From positions 15,934,001 through 15,998,000 of the forward strand of contig OZ024759.1 in NCBI GenBank assembly GCA_964016885.1: 64,000 nt of DNA, given 5' to 3'. A model generated the notes under the pieces. The model was not told the origin of the DNA. It made no database searches and worked only from the letters and a program-made list of their open reading frames with translations. The position numbers and the translations under genes are program-made. Each line of letters begins with the position of its first letter. Position 1 is the first letter of the stretch. The DNA comes from Eledone cirrhosa. Lineage: Eukaryota. Positions 41,589 through 55,401 of this stretch are shown here, piece by piece.

Positions 41589-42850
41589 GATTGGCAGTAT
41601 CGGTAGAGGGTCTGACGCCATGCTTTGACGCATAGAGTTACGGCCCTTGCCATTCTGAGTTCAAATCCCGCCAAGGTTAACTTTGGCTTTTAGCCTTACA
41701 GGGTCGATAAAATAAAGTACCAGTAATGCACTGGGATAATTGCTGGCCTTGTGCCAAAAGTAGAAACAGTTATTATTAGCTTGGCAGTATCGGTAGAGGG
41801 TCTGACGCCATGCTTTGCAGCAAAGAGTTACGGCCCTTTAAGGTCTGCGTTCAAATCCCGCCGAGGTTAACTTTGCCTTTCATCCTTACGGGGGTCGATA
41901 AAATAAAGTACCAGTAATGTACTGGGATAATTGCTGGCCTTGTGCCAAAAGTAGAAACAATTATTCTTTACATTTTTATCGACCCCGTGAGGATGAAAGG
42001 CAAAGTTAATCTCAGGTGGGATTTGAACTCAGAACGTGACGGGCCATAACTCCATGCTTTGCAAGCATGGCGTCCGACCCTCTACCGATACTGCCAATCC
42101 ACTGACCTTGCAATTTCAATAAATAATGAATCACTGAAACGAAGGCAAAAGAAGATATATATTTTTTTTTTTTGTTCTCTCTTGTCCCTTTATTTATTCA
42201 TTAGGGTCGAGTTTAAGACTTGCAGTGTTGCATATCTGCATGGTTTCTTGCTGTGTCTTATTTACTTGGTTGTGTATTTTGATCAACTCTTATTATGGTG
42301 GATTGGCAGTATTGGTAGAGGGTCGGACACCATGCTTTGCAAGATAGAGTTACGGCCCTTTATGGTCTGAGTTCAAATCCCGCCGAGGTTAACTTTGCCT
42401 TTCATCCTTACAGGGTCGATAAAATAAAGTACCAGTAATAAACAGGGGTCGATTTAATTGACTTTTGCCTCCCCCAAATTACTGGTCGTGTGCCTATACT
42501 AGAAATCATTGTGGATTGGCAGTATTAGTAGAGGGTCGGACGCCATGCTTTGCGGCACAGAGTTACGGCCCTTTACGGTCTGAGTTCAAATCCTGCCGAG
42601 GTTAACTTTGCCTTTCATCCTTACGGGGTCGATAAAATAAAGTACCAGTAATACACTGGAGTAATTGCAAGCCTTGTGGCCAAAGTAGAAACAATTATTA
42701 TTAATAATATTATTAATTCAATATGGCAGTGGATTGGCAGAATCATTAGAATGTCGGACGAAATGCTTTGCGGCATAGAGTTACGGCCCTTTACGTTCTG
42801 AATTCAATTTTATCCGACGTTCTAACGGCTCTGACAATCCGCCGCCACCG
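41589..42850. mobile_element. OK-type SINE cluster (mostly +; one - copy at 41972-42103)
   Basis: Consensus motifs occur in both orientations. Confidence 0.9.
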
Positions 42851-43359
42851 CTGCCTATACCAATGTCTTATTGGTAAACGTATAGGAGGCACAGCCAAAG
42901 TTATTTTGTCACAGAACCCTCATACGGTTTTTCCAGACAATATAGAAACGATAACTATATTTTATAGGCAACCCCTACCACCCATATATCAACAAGATAT
43001 TAAATTGGAAAGGAATTATTTATAGATGGGTCATTAGAATTCTGACGTCATCTTGACCAGTATTGTAAGGTATAATTCGGGGAAAATTTAGCAAGGCCGG
43101 TCAATCGCGTTGAGACTCTTTCGTAACATAGTTTTAATAGATGGAGCATCAAAATTTTTAATATTTTTATCCTTTCGAGGTCAATTAGAAAAGTACCAGT
43201 CCAGTACTGGTGTCGATTCTCTCTCTCTCTCCCCCTCTCTCTCTCTCTCTTGAAAGAAACTGGCTTTGCTCACACATGGAACGGTAATGGACTCTGTCAG
43301 GTTTAAAGTGCCCAAGACACGCACGTATGTTTCGTTGGCGCACCTAGACTCCATACATA

Positions 43360-43530
43360 CTGTATTTCTCGGCGTCAAAGACGCTACTTTTTTTTCCTAA
43401 AATAAGTCTCAAAAATCTACCATGCGTCCTGGAGGCCAATGCTGCTTATTATTTTTTTTTTCAAATTTTTGTTTGTCAAAATTAGGGTGCGTCCTCGAGT
43501 ACGAAGCGTCTTCGGCGCCGGGAAATACGG
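43360..43530 (-). mobile_element. pogo/Tigger-like MITE (same family as 18711-18880)
   Basis: TA|CTGTATTTCTCGGCGTC...GGCGCCGGGAAATACGG|TA. Confidence 0.8.
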
Positions 43531-43924
43531 TACATCTTTTTAGCAATACTTAACACCTACATTTACAGTTTCCACTCATAAATTTCCAACACGTTACTTT
43601 GATTTTAGGAATATTTAGCTGCTGCTTGTAACAAGGTCAATCGTGCGTATAAAAGACTGATTTGGTGACATGTTCTTTTTTTTTTTTAGTAAATGGAGCA
43701 TTAAAATTTATAATACCTATCTTTATATAGTAATGCAAAACTTCGTAAAGAACTTTCTGACGTCAAGTTGCCACGCAACAAAAATACAAAAGCAAAGATA
43801 TTTTATATATGAAAACTATTTTACACATAATTTATATCTTTTATATAAAAATATCTCTTCTTATGCAAAACCTCTAATTTCTTTTTTCTTTCTTTCTTTT
43901 TACTGTTACTACGAAAAATGCTTC

Positions 43925-44830
43925 GTGGAAGCGCGTGGCTTAGTGGTTAAAGTGTTCGACTCGCAATCTTAAAATCATGAGGTCGATTCCTGGTGGCGCA
44001 TTATGTCCTTGGGCAAGTCACTTCATTTTAGGTTGTGTGCTTGAGCAAGATTCTTCTTTTTATGCTGTGTGCTTAAGCAAGACTCAGTTTACGTTGTGTG
44101 CTTGAGCAAGACTCATTTCCCATTGTCCTTGAGCAAGACACTTCATTTCACGTCATGTCCTTGAGTAAGTTACATCCTTTCAAGTCGTGCCCTTGAGCAA
44201 GACACTTCATTTCACGTCATGTCCTTGAGTAAGTTACATCATTTCACGTTGTGTCCTTGAGCAAGACACTTCATTTCACGTCATGTCCTTGAGTAAGTTA
44301 CATCATTTCAAGTCGTGCCCTTGAGCAAGACACTTCATTTCACGTCATGTCCTTGAGTAAGTTACATCATTTCACGTTGTGTCCTTGAGCAAGACACTTC
44401 ATTTCACGTCATGTCCTTGAGCAAGACACTTCCTTTCACGTCGTGTCCTTGAGCAAGATTCTTCTTTTTATGTTGTGTGCTTGAGCAAAACTCATTTTAC
44501 ATTGTCCTTGAGCAAGACACTTCGTTTCACGTCGTGTCCTTAAGTAAGTCACATCATTTCACATCGTGTCCTTAAGTAAGTCACATCATTTCACGTTGTA
44601 TCCAAGAGCAAGTCGCATCATTTCACGTCCTGTGCTGGAGCAAGACACTTCATTTCCCGTTGTGTCCTTGAGCAAGACACTTCATTTCACGTTGTCCAGT
44701 CCACTCAGTTGACACAAAACAAATGAACTGTATCTGTACTTCAAAGAGCAGAAATTGTCGCACACTTTGTGACGTTGAATCTCCCTGAGGACTACGTTAA
44801 ATGTGTACGTATTAGTGGAATACTTAACCG
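43925..44830 (+). mobile_element. tRNA-headed SINE with an internal ~30-bp tandem expansion (44000-44695)
   Basis: Head GCGCGTGGCTTAGTGG..GTCGATTCC; more than 20 copies of GTGTCCTTGAGCAAGACACTTCATTTCACGT; the normal SINE body resumes at CCAGTCCACTCAG. Confidence 0.85.
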
Positions 44831-44831
44831 G

Positions 44832-44863
<32 letters not shown>

Positions 44864-45068
44864 ACCACACACACACACACACATACAACCACACACATAC
44901 ACACAACCACACACACACAAACACACAAACACACACAACCACAACCACACACAACCACAACAACACACACAAGCACACACAACAACAACATACACACACA
45001 CAACCACACACACACACACAAACACACACACAAGCACACACACACAACAACAACATACACAGACACAA

Positions 45069-45111
<43 letters not shown>

Positions 45112-45474
45112 CGCTATATTCTGCTCTAACATTTAATCGAACATATGTGATTAATATTCACATTAATTCACCTTATATTCCGTTCGATATTTACACCTTT
45201 GTTGTTTGTTGTTGTTGCGGCTCTGTTATTTTTGGTTTTATTTATTTTATTGTATTTTTAAGAGGATTGTGTCTGTTTTTCTTCATTTTTTGTTGCTGTT
45301 GTTGCTGCTGCTGTCTTTCCGTGGTGGTGGAGGGTCATTGAGCTTTTGTTGTCTGTTCGTGATGGTGGAGGGTCATTGCGCTTTTGTTTTCTTTAAACGT
45401 TGGCTATTTAAAAGCAACTAAAAGAACAAAAACTAACCGTTCTATTTGATAATCTTTTATACGACATTTTCTCT

Positions 45475-45520
<46 letters not shown>

Positions 45521-45639
45521 GGATACGTAAATTTCTCTTGTTTGATTACTACTACTACTACTACAACTACTACTACTACTACTACTACAACTACTACTAC
45601 TAGTAATTGTAGTAGTAGTACTGCTATTATCATTATTAT

Positions 45640-45810
45640 TAGTGTCGGATGCCATGCTTTGGCGCATAGAGTTACGGCCCTTGCCATTCTGAGTTCAAAT
45701 CCCGCCGAGGTTAACTTTGCCTTTCATCCTTACGGGGTCGATAAAATAAAGTACCAGTAATGCACTGGGGTAATCGCTGGCCTTGTGCCAAAAGTAGAAA
45801 CTATTATCAT
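45640..45810 (+). mobile_element. OK-type SINE (5' truncated)
   Basis: Consensus motifs present. Confidence 0.85.
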
Positions 45811-46284
45811 CACCATTATTACTAATTATTATCTTTATTATTATTATTATTCCATCATCATAATCATCGTCATCATCATTGTTATTATTATATTATTATT
45901 GTTTATTTATTTATATTTTTCCGTTCCTCCATTACATCACTCCTCCCACCGCCTCCATTTTCATAAGATTTATTTTATTGTAACTTACGTTTATTTTGCT
46001 ATTGTTATTTTTTTATGTATTTATGTTTTTCACTTTTATGTATTTTGGGGAGGGTTTTTTTCTGATCTTTTGTGCATTCATTTTATGAAAGCTGAACTAC
46101 GATGTTCTTTGAGGTAAAATGATTTCTATTGAGAAGGCTAACACAAGTAGATCTTAATTCTTCGACCCGTTGAATACATTCCTTGTGGTGGGGGAAGGAG
46201 GGATTTTTTATTGGGTGGGTTTTAATCTGTTTTGTTTGGTAGATTTTTTTTTTTTTTTACTGACAAAGAACACAGATGAGTGTG

Positions 46285-47400
46285 GGCGAGAGAGGGGGGA
46301 TTTATAGAGATGTGGTGACGGTGGAGATAGTGGGGAGGGAAAAGAGAAGTAAAGAGAGACAAAGAGAGGGGGAGTGGGAGTGGGGAGATCAGAAAATGGA
46401 GAGAGAGAGAGAGAGACGAAAGAACTGGGAATACTAAGAAAAGGAGAGTGTATGTCTGTGTGTGAGGAAGAGAGGGAGAATGAGAAAGGAGGAGAAAAAT
46501 AGAGATGGTGTGTGTGAGATGGGGAGGAAAGGGGCGAAAGAGAGATATAGACGGGCGGACAGACAGACAGACAGACAGATAAAGAGAGTGAGAATGAGAG
46601 AGAGTGAGAGAGACAAAGATGGACGGAGGGATAGAGAGAGAGGAAGAGAAAGAAAAAACGCAGAGAGGCGGATAGACAGAGAGATGGAGGAAGAAAAAAA
46701 TGAAAATTTACAAAGAGAAATGGATAGACACAAAGTGGGAGGGAGAGAGAGTGAGACGGACAGACAGAGGGAGGGAGGGAGAGAGAGAGAAAAAGAGAGA
46801 GGCGGAGGGAGGGAGAGGAAAGAAAATATACTGAGAGAGAGACGGAGCGAGAGAGAGAGATGGAGAGAGGGGGGACAGACGGAGGGGTGGGAGAAAGAAA
46901 GAAAATATAGTGAGAGAGAGACGGAGCGAGAGAGAGAGAGGGAGAGAGGGGAGACAGACGGAGGGAGGGGGAAGAAAATATACTGAGATAGAGATGGAGG
47001 GAGAGAGAGAGAGGGAGGAGAGAGAGGGGGACATGCGGAGGGAGGGAGATAGAAAGAAAATATACTGAGAGAGAAACGGTGGGAGAGAGAGAGGTGGAGA
47101 GAGAGGGGGGACAGGCGGAGGGAGAGAGAGGGAGAGATGGACAGAGAGATGGAGAAGAAAGTAAATAAACTGAGAGAGAGACGGAAGGAGAGAGGGGGAG
47201 AGAAAAACACAGAAAGAGAGGAGAGTGAGAGTAGAGGGAGACAGATTGTAGTGGAACGAGAGAGATAATGGAAATGAGACGGAAAAAATGAAGAGAAGAG
47301 GGGGAAATGAGAAAGGGGGATGTTGTATAAGGAGAGATGAGAGGAGGGGAGAAGGAGGAGGCGGAGGAGAGGAAGAGGAGGAGGAGGAGGAGAATAAGAG
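46285..47400. repeat. GA-rich low-complexity tract with ~80-90-bp diverged units
   Basis: GAAAATATACTGAGAGAG recurs at ~46822, 46901, 46974 and 47056. Confidence 0.85.
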
Positions 47401-47677
47401 AAATGAATAAACTCCTTTGATGTTTATCTGTCAGTCTAAATATATATATATACATATATATATAAACATACATATATATATATATATATACACATAGATA
47501 TATACACATGTACATATACACACATATATATATAAACATACATATATATATACACATACATATATATATATATATACACATACATATATACACATATATA
47601 TATATACACATTATATATACACACTTGTATATACACATATATATACATATATATGTGTGTGTGTGTGTGTGTATATG

Positions 47678-47830
<153 letters not shown>

Positions 47831-48216
47831 ATATATATATGTGTATGTGTGTGTATAGGAGATGAATAAAATGGGTATATATGTATAAATATATGTGTGT
47901 GTATGAGTGTGTCTTTGTGTGTATATTTATATATATATATACGCGTGTGTGTGTGTGTGTACGTAGATTTCTTTTTCGATATTTTTCTTCTTTTTTTCTG
48001 TAATGTTCTATAGCCATACGATATATATTGGTTGAAATACATGTGTCAAACGTTTTTTTCATATATAATCACAAATGTGACGTTTCGGTGTCAAAAAAGA
48101 AAACATGGATTCTATCGATCACAAGAACTAAAACTGAATGAAAAATGGCGTCCATTTATATATATATTTATAGGTGTGTGTGTGTGTGTGTGTCTGTGTC
48201 TGTGTCTGTGTGTGTG

Positions 48217-48292
<76 letters not shown>

Positions 48293-48344
48293 TATTTATA
48301 ATATATAGTGTATATAATATATATACATATATATATATAAATTA

Positions 48345-48787
48345 CTCGAGAAACCGTGTATGGGTGTAACTTCGTAAGAGACCAGTTGAACCTAGACATG
48401 TTTGAGCTGTACCAACATAATAGGACTGTTATCCCTATCATTAAAACACCTAGGAACTCTGTATTGGATTCAGCATCGTAAGAGACCAGTTAAACCTACA
48501 TAGATATATGTGTGTACGATAGGACAGGGGCCTCTATAATTATAGACCCAAGAAACTTCCTTAGAGAAACAACTTCATAGGAAGCCAGTTAAACCTACAT
48601 AAGTGTAAGCTGTAACAACATGATAGAAGTGGGGCTTCTGTAGCTAAAATACCCGAGAAACCACCTATGAGATACAACCTCGTAGGAGGCCAGCTGAACC
48701 TACATAGGTGTGAACTGTAACAGCAATATGATAGGAGAGGGGCCCCTACCATTAAAACATATGAGAAATTTCTATGAAATACAACAG
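48345..48787. repeat. Diverged ~103-bp tandem repeat (~4 copies)
   Basis: CGTAAGAGACCAGTT.AACCTA-like anchors at 48373, 48477, 48576 and 48681. Confidence 0.8.
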
Positions 48788-48857
48788 TAAAGCACTGGTG
48801 GTCGATTCAAATGAGTTCCTCTACCCCCAAATTGTTGGCCTTGTGCCTAAATTAGAA

Positions 48858-48958
48858 GTAAGGACCCTCCGGTACGTCCTCAATATCTGAGGCTGCCGGT
48901 AGCGGCTTGATATTCATTAGAGCAAATTTTCCGGTTAAATTATATCAATGAGATATCA

Positions 48959-49047
<89 letters not shown>

Positions 49048-49255
49048 ATAGTAGTAGTAGTGATAATTATCTCAAAGAGTTTTCAAGGATGGTTAAAGAG
49101 CATTACTCCAACACCCTTTTTTGGAACACTTCAAAAGGAATGCTTGCTGGGGACAACAAGAACCCTCCGATACGTCCTGAATATCTGAGGCTGCATGTAG
49201 CGGTTTGATGTTCATTTGGACAAACTTTCCAGTTAAATAACACCAATGACTGAGA
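48858..49255 (+). repeat. ~95-bp direct repeat pair (48858-48952, 49158-49255) around (AGT)n
   Basis: AAG.ACCCTCCG.TACGTCCT.AATATCTGAGGCTGC occurs twice. Confidence 0.75.
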
Positions 49256-49274
49256 CGCCAAGAAAATAACAATA

Positions 49275-49690
49275 ATAATTGTTTCTACTTTAGGCACAAG
49301 GCCAACAATTACCCAGTACATTACTGGTACTTTATTTTATCGACCACGTAAGGATGAAAGGCAAAGTTAACCTCGGCGGGATTTGAACTCAGAATGGCAA
49401 GGGCCATAACTCTATGCGTCAACGCATGACGTCCGACCCTCTACCGATACTGCCAATCCAATAATAATAATTGTTTCTTATATAGGCAAAAGGCCAGCAA
49501 TTTGGAGGGAGGGGGGAAAGTCGATTAAATCGACCCCAGTGCATGACTGGTACTTTATTTTATCGACCCCGTAAGAATGAACGGCAAAGGTAACCTCGGC
49601 GGAATTTGAACTCAGACCATTAAGGGCCGTCCGTAACCCTATGCTGCGAAGCATGGCGTCCGACCCTCTACCGATACTGCCAATCCACCA
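49275..49690 (-). mobile_element. Two tandem OK-type SINEs
   Basis: Reverse-complement consensus occurs twice. Confidence 0.9.
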
Positions 49691-50147
49691 ATATCAACAA
49701 TAAAAACAAGAATTATTTTTCAAGCTAGGTTCAAGTGTGAGTCGGGTACAGAGTGCATTCGTGCAGTTGCACTGCCTATTTGCACTCTGTTAACTGCATC
49801 ACAAATTACATCCAGATAATATTCATATATTCGAGAATATAAGCAGGGAAATTAATTGAAAAAAACAACAACGTAAACATGTAGTTGTCGTATAAAAAAT
49901 ATCAATATATCGATTGATTGATACATGCAAATTTGTATGGTTGTGTGTTGTTGTTTCTGTCTGTATTCTATATACCTACATTTCTATAAAGCACCCAATC
50001 TATATATTTGTTTCATATATATACAGGTATTTGTGTGTATGTGTGTCTGTGTGTGAGTGTGTATATATATATATATATATATGTGTGTATGTGTATGTGT
50101 GTATATGTGTGTGTGTGTGCGTGTGTGTGTGTGTATATGTGAGTGTG

Positions 50148-50190
<43 letters not shown>

Positions 50191-50472
50191 CTGTGAGTGT
50201 ATATGTGTATGTGTGTGTATATATATGTGTGTGTGTACATATATGTATATATATATGTATAAGTAAACTCCCTGTGATTAGAAGACGGCAGCAGAATTTG
50301 AAAATTGAATAGAGTTAGTAATTTCACCGCATTTTTTGACGAGAGAATAGTTTAATAATAACAGAAAATATAAACCCCTAGAACTGAAAAAAATGGCCAT
50401 TTTTTTTCGTCGATGAAAATATTAGATTATTTTCTCTTGTCAAAAAAAATACGGTAAAGTTAGTAATTTCAT

Positions 50473-50521
<49 letters not shown>

Positions 50522-50552
50522 ATATACATGCATATACAGATAGATAGATATA

Positions 50553-50993
50553 TTTCTTTATTAGCCACAGGGGCACAAAAGAAGGGGACAAATACAAAGG
50601 GGGAAGTTTACATACAATAAAAACGTGTAAAATGTTATCACAGATGGAATTTAAAAGTTAGTCGATTTTCCCCAATAGAGGGAGACAGTTTATATGGGTA
50701 ACACAGACCCCCGAAAAAAATGTGCAACCCTCATCTCCAGGAGTACGAAGAGCTTGTACTCCTTTCCTCTCCTCCTCCTTTTCCTCAACCTACAGGCTGA
50801 TATAGAGAGAAGGCCCATTCACTCGGGCCATTCTCGCCACTTTCACCCACCTTTCATAAAACTTGCTGGGGTACAGCACCTCTCTCTCCATCCTGATTCT
50901 TCTTCCAAAGTGGTATTTGAAAAAAAGAATCAGATAGATAGATAGATATGTTTCTTTATTAGCCACAGGGGCACAAAGAAGGGGACAAATACA
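50553..50993 (-). mobile_element. Tx1/L1-clade LINE 3' fragments (50553-50930 and 50948-50993) in (GATA)n
   Basis: Homologous to 14701-15090 (GAAGGCCCATTCAC.CGGGCCATTCTCGCCACTTTCACCCA); GATA-repeat flanks. Confidence 0.75.
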
Positions 50994-51007
50994 GATAGAT
51001 AGATAGG

Positions 51008-51076
<69 letters not shown>

Positions 51077-51462
51077 CAGGGAGTGTAACGTGGAGTTACT
51101 GTAGGTTCACCCGGGAGAGCACTCGATGTTTAGGTTCACTTCTTGATTTAATTTATATATAATATTCTAAAAGTATTTTCCAATTATGCGCCCTTTGGCT
51201 GTATTACATTACAGACAAGCAAGCAAGCAAGCAATCACAGAGTTTTAGCATATATATATATATAAATATATACTTAGGGTAAACATTGATGCAATTCAAT
51301 TCAAGCACTCAACGTACTTTTTCCACATAGGAGTGACGGAGTAAATATCGAATAAGTAAAAGCGAAGTAGTTTCAGATGTTCAAGTCCTTTAGTACACAC
51401 TTCGTCCGTTCCCATGTCGATTCCACTTGGATTGCCTCGGAAACAACCTTATTATGTAACAA

Positions 51463-51536
51463 GCTGTCTGATGATGTCACGACACTCGCACACAGAACAG
51501 TGTGGCCAGTGTCGTCATTGAAATATATATCACAGC
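51463..51536 (+). ncRNA. Type I HHR motif (family D) within element 51283-51778
   Basis: GCTGT-CTGATGA-stem II (ACGACACT/AGTGTCGT, CACAC/GTGTG)-GAA-ATATATAT-C-ACAGC; inverted arms at 51351-51392 and 51737-51778. Confidence 0.8.
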
Positions 51537-51545
51537 ATTATTATA

Positions 51546-51735
51546 GCGGTGGATTGGCAGTATCGGTAGAGTGTCGGACGCCATGCTTTCCAGCATAGTT
51601 ACGCCCCTTTACGATCTGAGTTCAAATCCCGCTGAGGTTGACTTTGCCTTTCATCCTTACGGGGTCGATAAATTAAAGTACCAGTAATGCACAGGGTAAT
51701 TGCTGGCCTTGTGCCTAAAGTAGAAACAATTATTA
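51546..51735 (+). mobile_element. OK-type SINE nested in the family D element
   Basis: Full consensus flanked by an ATTATTA duplication. Confidence 0.85.
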
Positions 51736-51774
51736 TTAAAGGACTTGAACATCTGAAACTACTTCGCTTTTACT

Positions 51775-51834
<60 letters not shown>

Positions 51835-51995
51835 TTTCTGATTTAGACAGGTCAACAATTTAGCGGGAGAGGAAGGTCGATTAAATCGACCCAGTGCGTT
51901 ACGATTATTTTATTTTATTGACCCCATAAGGATGAAAGGCAAGGCTAACCACGGTGGGATTTGAACTCAGAACATATAAATACAATTGAATATGC

Positions 51996-52104
<109 letters not shown>

Positions 52105-53015
52105 GATGGATATATGTATGTATATGCATGGATATATGTATGTATGGATATGTGTATATATATGTTTGTATGCATATATAAAGGTCCCTTCGTCTATTTG
52201 TGTTTTGATACATATATGTATGTATGCATGTATGTATGTATGTGCAATTGGTGAACAATACTAACGCCTGTTTCCAATTAGCAGCGGTATACCTTAAAAT
52301 GGAGTGATATATCTATCTACTTCTATTATATTTGCCATATATTTTCCGTTTACTCACAATGGTTTCTTTGAATCAGTTTCAAATGTCTGCTCTGAGGGAT
52401 ATTTATATTCGATAGCGCTCAACTAGTAAATTATTTCGTCTCAAAAGGTTTCATTCTAAATCAAACAACTTTTCTATTTTCTATCTCCGATAAGAGACCT
52501 CTTGTCCGCCAATGATTGCGATATTGTCACATACAATGCAAACTGTCCTACAAACTGGTATAGATAAGATTTCATTGGTATGTAACATGTTAGACCTTAC
52601 AATAAATCTTGATAAAGCTGTCCTGCAATGCCTCCTAAAATAGACGTATATGTTATATAGTAAAACTTTGAAAAACCGTACCTACATTCGACATTTTGTT
52701 TTCTAAGCATGCTAACATACTAAGCGTATTAACATATATCAAAATACTTAAATACATATGTATATATATATATATAAACATACATTCGTATATTGACAGA
52801 GATTATACATATACAAACATACATATATATATATATACATATATATAGAAACATATATATATATACAAACATACAAATATATACATATATATACAAACAT
52901 ATATATACATACATATACATACATACATACATGCATACATGCATACATACCGTACATACATACATACATACATACATACATACATACATACATACATACA
53001 TACATACATACATAC

Positions 53016-53623
53016 ATGGTGGCTGCCAACTCGTTTTCGAGTACGGCCACTACTTTATATCCATGTAGGAGAACCCCTACCGATGCGCTGAACGAGTGTG
53101 ACTTTTTAGTCCAGCCAGCGACTTGAAAACTCTGGTACAAACACTACACTTGTGACAATTATTGACACAGTGCAGGACCCATGGTACCATGTGACAACAA
53201 GTGCAGAGAGATCTCCAGATATAAAGCAATGCCTGTGCCGTGAAGCTTTTATAGTGAGCAAAGGCACTGCACAAAGCCAGTCCCACTCTCTTAACCAAGA
53301 TGATATTTACCAAAAAGAAGAACAAGTCAACATCATTGGATACCATCAGAGTTGCAGGTGTTATACCAGAGTTTTCCTTCTCCTAGAATTCTGCCTTGAC
53401 AAAGGCTAAGGGGTTATCTCTCCCGGTGATTTTGGATGGCCATTGACTCTTAAGAGCTCCTTTGCCCTTTGACAGGTTTTGTTTTTAGTCCTGCAGGATG
53501 TCCAAAGTCACCCTCCTCACCAAGAAACCTTGGTGGGATTGCCAGTTTAGTCGCCAACGACCCGACCATGAGACAGGTTGTACTGGGATACATGTTACCA
53601 GTAGCACCAACTGGTGACCTGAC
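53016..53623 (-). mobile_element. Non-autonomous RTE-derived element (copy of 28312-28920); extra 3' fragment at 53696-53779
   Basis: Near-identical reverse complement; (CATA)n flanks. Confidence 0.8.
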
Positions 53624-53878
53624 ATACATACATACATACATACATACATACATACATACATACATACATACATACATACATACATACATACATACATGGT
53701 GGCTGCCAACTCGTTTTCGAGTACGGCCACTACTTTATATCCATGTAGGAGAACTCCTACCGATGCGCTGAACGAGTGATACATACATACATACATACAT
53801 ACATACATACATACATACATACATACATACATACATACATACATACATACATACATACATACATACATACATACATAC

Positions 53879-54220
53879 AACCGGCCTGATATTGTAGTTT
53901 GGGACCATACATTGAAAACGTGTTCTGTTGTGGAGATCAGCTGCCCACTTGATGTAAACGTTGTCAGAAAAATACAGGAGAAGGAGGACATCTACGGACC
54001 ATTGATGAGGAGTTTACAAATCCAGTATCCAAGATACACCTTTAGCTTCATACCCATCATTATTGGTGCTACTGGTTATATACCAACCCGCTTGGACCAA
54101 AGTATGACTGAACTTGGATTTGCGGACAAAAAGCGCAGCTCCCTAATTCATAGTCTACAAATGGCTGCGATAGCTGGCACCTTCAAAATTTGCAAAACAT
54201 TCTTGCGATTCAAGGGATGA
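53879..54220 (+). mobile_element. 5'-truncated RLE-type non-LTR retrotransposon (R4/Dong/NeSL-like) restriction-like endonuclease domain
   Basis: NRPDIVVWD...VVEISCP.D.N...K..EK...Y..L...IPIIIGATG matches the PD-(D/E)xK-type RLE motif; (CATA)n on both sides (3'UTR to ~54300). Confidence 0.85.
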
Positions 54221-54432
54221 CAATTTCTTTTCTTTTACAACCTTGCCACCAGGAAGGTGGCCGGTCAAAAAAATATACTCGAAATTAAGAGAAAGAGAAA
54301 ACATACATACATACATAGGTACATGGAGGGATATTTTTATATACATACATATATGTACATACATATATATAAATATATATACATATATATATATATTCCG
54401 ATGATTTGATCAGAGACACACACTGCATTTAA

Positions 54433-54651
54433 CCCTTTAGCATTGACATTATTTTATATTTACTATTGTTTTTTCACAGTAAAGGCTTTACCTCACATAA
54501 CATCTCACATAATATCGAATCTATGAGATTTTGAAAGTATTTATTTTGAAAACAATACCTTAACATTAGTTTGAGCGACCAGTTACAGCCAGTTTCAACA
54601 GAAAGAGGTAGAGAATTCTGACGGGTTTTGGCCGGTTTGAACATTAAAGGG
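54433..54651. mobile_element. piggyBac-type MITE
   Basis: TTAA|CCCTTTAGCATT...AACATTAAAGGG|TTAA. Confidence 0.8.
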
Positions 54652-54775
54652 TTAAGGTCGAGTGACGCAACTTCGAGTGATTAGCGGCCTTTCAACTCTC
54701 CTGATCAATGAAACAATTGTTGATACAGTAAATAAAACCCTTTTTGCATAGCCGACCATGTTATTCTACACACTT

Positions 54776-54830
<55 letters not shown>

Positions 54831-54939
54831 CGAAGGAAATGTAGTAAGGAACCAGGTGGACCATAACGCACCAAAGTACTCAATACTTGGGGTAGTAGAG
54901 TGGGTAATAGAGTGGGTAATAGTCGGGGTCTTACTGGTT

Positions 54940-55009
<70 letters not shown>

Positions 55010-55191
55010 TAAGTATATACATACATATTTGTGTATTATTGTTGGTGTTGCATGTTGGATCTCCGTCGTTTCCGACGACGAGTGTCCAATTGAACAGCCT
55101 GGCGGTGAAATTAAGGTTTGAGTTGTTCACCACTTACAGTTATCCTTTCCATATTCTGTACCGATTGTGTTGTTAATTATGTTTACCTTTT

Positions 55192-55240
<49 letters not shown>

Positions 55241-55368
55241 TATATATATATAACGCTATATATATATAGTAATAATAATAAATTTGAAGACTAAAATCCA
55301 AAGAGGGCTCGATAAGGATAAATATATATCAAATATATAAGAACCGTAGAGCAATGTTATTTTAATAA

Positions 55369-55401
<33 letters not shown>

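Noticed and set aside
49748-49790. ACAGAGTGCA...TGCACTCTGT hairpin as a pre-miRNA
   Set aside because: Short, imperfect stem and no recognisable mature miRNA.
50313-50469. Diverged inverted repeat with CTGAAAA...GAAAATATTA as an HHR
   Set aside because: The inverted repeat is visible but the core and stems are too degenerate to call.
52601-52634. 34-bp minus-strand micro-exon (TTTTAG...GTAAG)
   Set aside because: Too short to distinguish from chance.
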